From NCBI RefSeq assembly GCF_964188315.1, contig NC_135667.1, forward strand, positions 26,288,001 through 26,352,000: 64,000 nucleotides of DNA. Direction: 5' to 3'. Positions 60,610-64,000 of the stretch are shown piece by piece. The notes below the pieces were generated by a model that did no database searches, was not told the DNA's origin, and saw nothing but the letters and a program-made list of their open reading frames with translations. The DNA is from Podarcis muralis (lineage: Eukaryota). Made by a program: the position numbers and the translations under genes. Within the stretch, counting starts at the first letter, position 1; every line of letters starts with the position of its first letter.

Positions 60610-62255
60610 GGGGGGGGGAGTAAGGATTTTAGTGGTCTAGCTTGCTATTAAGGTCAGTTCTCGATGACCTGTTTATTTAGCATTCATACTGATTTCTTTG
60701 TACAAAGTTTGTGGCAAGGATAGGCGTCACCCACACTTATCTTTTCTCCACGCTTTCCAGAAATTGTCTGCAATTTAAAGCTTCTTTTCTGAATGCCTCC
60801 ACATCACCTCCTCCAGAGCTTCCTCATGAAACAACACTCTTTAAAGTTGAATTGGAATGAATGTCAAACCTCAGAAAACCCGAATTGACATTTGCCCTGA
60901 TTCTGCCTGGAATAGTGGGTTATCATGGGGAAAGCGCTGGCATGAGGGGCGGTGAACCAAGGACACAGAGACTTAAAACCCGGATTTGTGCCTGGAAAAT
61001 GATGGGGAACTGAGCATTAATTCTTGTTTGTTTGCAGGAGGTTATACAATGTGGCCAAGAAAGGGTTTTCCCATTACAGTATATTTGTTGGCATCAGTCT
61101 GTCTCAGAGGACAATCAAACCACTAAATTGGCAGAAATGAATGGATGTTCTGGGTTGCCCAGATGACAAGACCCCCTTCTCAACCTCACTGATGTGGTCA
61201 AGAAAAAGCACCAATACATTTGGCACCAACTTAACTGCAGGAGTTGTCCCAGAAGACTGCTTCTGGGAGCCACAGGTGACAGCTGAGTGGAGGGTGGGGA
61301 CCAAAGGGGACCAAACTACCCCAGAAGAATCATGTGTGTACCAACAGAGGTACTATCCCTCCCCACCCCATTCACCCCATGCAAGGGTTTGGACTAGATG
61401 ACCCTTACGTCCCTTCCAACGCTACAATTCTATAATTCTATGTGTGCACAGCCATATGCCCCATAGAACAAAGAATGAAGGGCTTTAAAGTCATCTTAAT
61501 AGAAATATCACAATGCATAACTGAATAGCTACATAAATGCATCTGCCTGATCAGTGAGTTATTCATTGTGATCTGTCTTGGAGCACAGCTCCCTGAGGGA
61601 AGAATCTGGCAGAATAAAACATGGTGAAGAGTCAAATACACTGAAAGCAGCCTAAGATCACTATGTTCTATAACTGTGGCTGAGAAATCTCTAGTGCAAC
61701 TAGGGCGTCAGGAACAGAGATCTGGCTGTGACCTTCCAGTGTTCAGTAAGTACCAGATTGTTTTCTTTTGAAGCCTTTGACATGTTTCACTCTGAAGGAA
61801 CACACTTCGTAAGTTCTTTCTCTTGAATGATACTAAATTATTTTTGGACAATGTTTAATTTTCAAGTTTGATGCCTTTTAATAATGTTATTTAGGAACAA
61901 TCCTACCAAAGGTTAGCACTTGCTATGTTTAATAAAGAAAATTATATAGATGGAAATGACTATATAGATGGAAATTTCAGAGAAATCTTTTGTATGATTA
62001 TTAAAAAATTCTTCCCCATATGAACAAGACACAGAAGCTATAGGTATAATTTGGAATTTTTATTATAAGATCACTGCTAAATCCTATTGATTCCAATCAA
62101 GTTAAACACTGCAGTATGTGCCTTTGAATCATTCCCTGATCAGCTAGGCAGTCCTTGAACAGAGTTCCACATATAATCTATATAAAGAGATTTTGTATAG
62201 TCAAACAATCATATCCTAAATTACAGTAATCAGTTCTTTATGTTCTCTTTCCAGG

Positions 62256-63209
62256 ATGCAGAACAGAAAAGAATACATTCTACAAAACAGTACAACACCA
62301 GCTCAATTCATCCTCCTGGGTCTTTCTGATGATCCCAACCTGCAAAGTGCATTATTCTCCACTTTCCTGGTACTCTATATCCTCACTCTGGCAGGAAACC
62401 TTCTCATCATTCTTCTGACATTGGCTGACCCTGCCCTCCACACCCCCATGTATTTCTTCCTAAGAAACCTGTCTTTTCTGGAGATCTGCTACACATCAGT
62501 CAATGTCCCTAAGATGCTGGCAAACCTCCTTTCTGGAAATAAATCCATCTCATTCATCGGATGTGCTCTGCAGACCTACTTTATATTCTTCCTTGGTGGG
62601 TCAGAATGTTTCCTTTTGGCCGCAATGGCCTATGATCGATATGTTGCCATATGTAAGCCCTTACACTACCACGTCCTGATGAGCCAAAAGGTTTATACTA
62701 CTTTAGCTGTGGCATCTTGGTTAAGTGGGTTTCTGATGTCCTTTGGTCACACCACCATGATGTTTACTCTCTCCTATTGTGGCTCCAATGTGATTAACCA
62801 CTTCTTTTGTGACATCCCTCCTTTGCTGAAATTGGCTTGTGGGGACACCTCAAGGGTTGAAATTGCAGTCTTTGTGGCGACTATGATCTTTGGGACTTTG
62901 CCTTTTATCCTGATCTTGATGTCTTATGCTGGCATTATAACCACCATTTTGAAGATCTCATCCTCTGAAGGTCGGAAGAAAACCTTTTCCACCTGCTCTT
63001 CACATCTCATTGTGGTGACCTTCTTCTATGGTTCTGCTTGTATTACATATTTGAAGCCCAATTCCACTTACTCACCAAACACTGACAAATTTCTCTCCCT
63101 TTTCTATACTGTTATCGGTCCCATTTTGAACCCCCTCATATACAGCTTGAGGAATAAAGAGGTAAAGGGTGCCTTTAAAAGAATTTGGGATAGAAGACCC
63201 TTTCGGTGA
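62256..63209 (+). CDS. Olfactory receptor OR-4, 317 aa, recent paralogue of OR-3
   Basis: Same motifs as OR-3; about 24 aa differences by hand alignment; flanks homologous. Confidence 0.95.
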   Translation: MQNRKEYILQNSTTPAQFILLGLSDDPNLQSALFSTFLVLYILTLAGNLLIILLTLADPALHTPMYFFLRNLSFLEICYTSVNVPKMLANLLSGNKSISFIGCALQTYFIFFLGGSECFLLAAMAYDRYVAICKPLHYHVLMSQKVYTTLAVASWLSGFLMSFGHTTMMFTLSYCGSNVINHFFCDIPPLLKLACGDTSRVEIAVFVATMIFGTLPFILILMSYAGIITTILKISSSEGRKKTFSTCSSHLIVVTFFYGSACITYLKPNSTYSPNTDKFLSLFYTVIGPILNPLIYSLRNKEVKGAFKRIWDRRPFR

Positions 63210-64000
63210 TAAAAATGAACTGACATATTGTGGGAGTTCCAAAGTAGGTAGGGACTTGTACCTACTAATTTCTGAAAGCATTAGCTTGGATCCATAATTT
63301 TTTATTAGAACTGTGGTCCCCTTAAAATTAATGGGATTAAGTTAATTATGCTTTAATATATGACCCTTGATTTAAATGGGAATTTAATTCATCTAACCTT
63401 GCCTTTATCTACTTAACAGTTCAAACAGTGGGATAATTTATAGTAAACAAATTTGTGTGAGGAAAGATTGTGGTTCCCTCCTAGTGAAATCTCCAAAAAT
63501 CCCCCAAAAGATATCTCAGTGAGGGTTGAGGATTCCTAACTAAACAATTTGTGTTGGGGAATGGATTGAAAACTATTGGAGGAAGTGGGAATAATCCTCG
63601 ATTAAGCTTGGAACCTAATATAACTTAATATGAAGGTCATTCTCTGACACAAAATTTCCTGTCCCTTCGTCCAATACCATCGGAGCCCAAGGGTAAATCA
63701 CATGCTTTGTTTGCACAAGGTACCATGTTCAGTCCAGGGAAAGATTTTCTTCCTGAAATTCTGGGAAACTTCTGCCAAACTGCATTCAGAGGTGGGGTTT
63801 ATTGCATGAGTTTTTCCGTTCTGATGCTAGTGCTTCGGTCCCAATTTCTAACATCCCTTTTGCACTTCAATAGCAGCTGCATTCCAGAATTGTGGGTTTT
63901 TTAAAAAACAACAACAAAAACAACTACTTGCTTCTCCACCATGCTGCATTAGATTTTAAATGGCAGGAAAGAATTATATGCAGGGATACTGCGCACATTT

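Overview
Vertebrate genomic DNA, very likely a lacertid lizard; this is inferred from the repeat content (Sauria-type SINEs, squamate L2/CR1 tails, lacertid-type MITEs), with no database search run. The window is a chemosensory supercluster junction. The left ~38.6 kb holds three tandem six-exon vomeronasal type-2 receptor (V2R, class C GPCR) genes on the minus strand. Their exons were rebuilt by hand from GT/AG sites and reading phase, and give open frames of about 884, 881 and 882 aa. The right ~22 kb holds four class II olfactory receptor (OR) genes: one on minus, three on plus, the last two a recent tandem duplicate. An apparently full-length, intact Rex1/Babar-type LINE (APE + RT) lies between the duplicated ORs. 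There are many SINE, L2, L1, CR1, MITE and LTR-like fragments, microsatellites and two N gaps. Main points of interest: (1) the OR at 48.5 kb has no in-frame ATG, but an upstream 18-nt mini-exon (ATG...CAG|GTAAGT, 46690-46707) splices in frame and would make it a two-exon OR; (2) one of the two near-identical ORs carries Asp at TM3 position 3.32, the amine-binding position of aminergic receptors and TAARs, where its twin has Ile; (3) the LINE begins with a sequence almost identical to the human L1 5' YY1 promoter start; (4) the V2R paralogues are mosaics of each other and have atypical ligand-pocket motifs. There is no sign of prokaryotic systems, CRISPR, rRNA or true tRNA genes.
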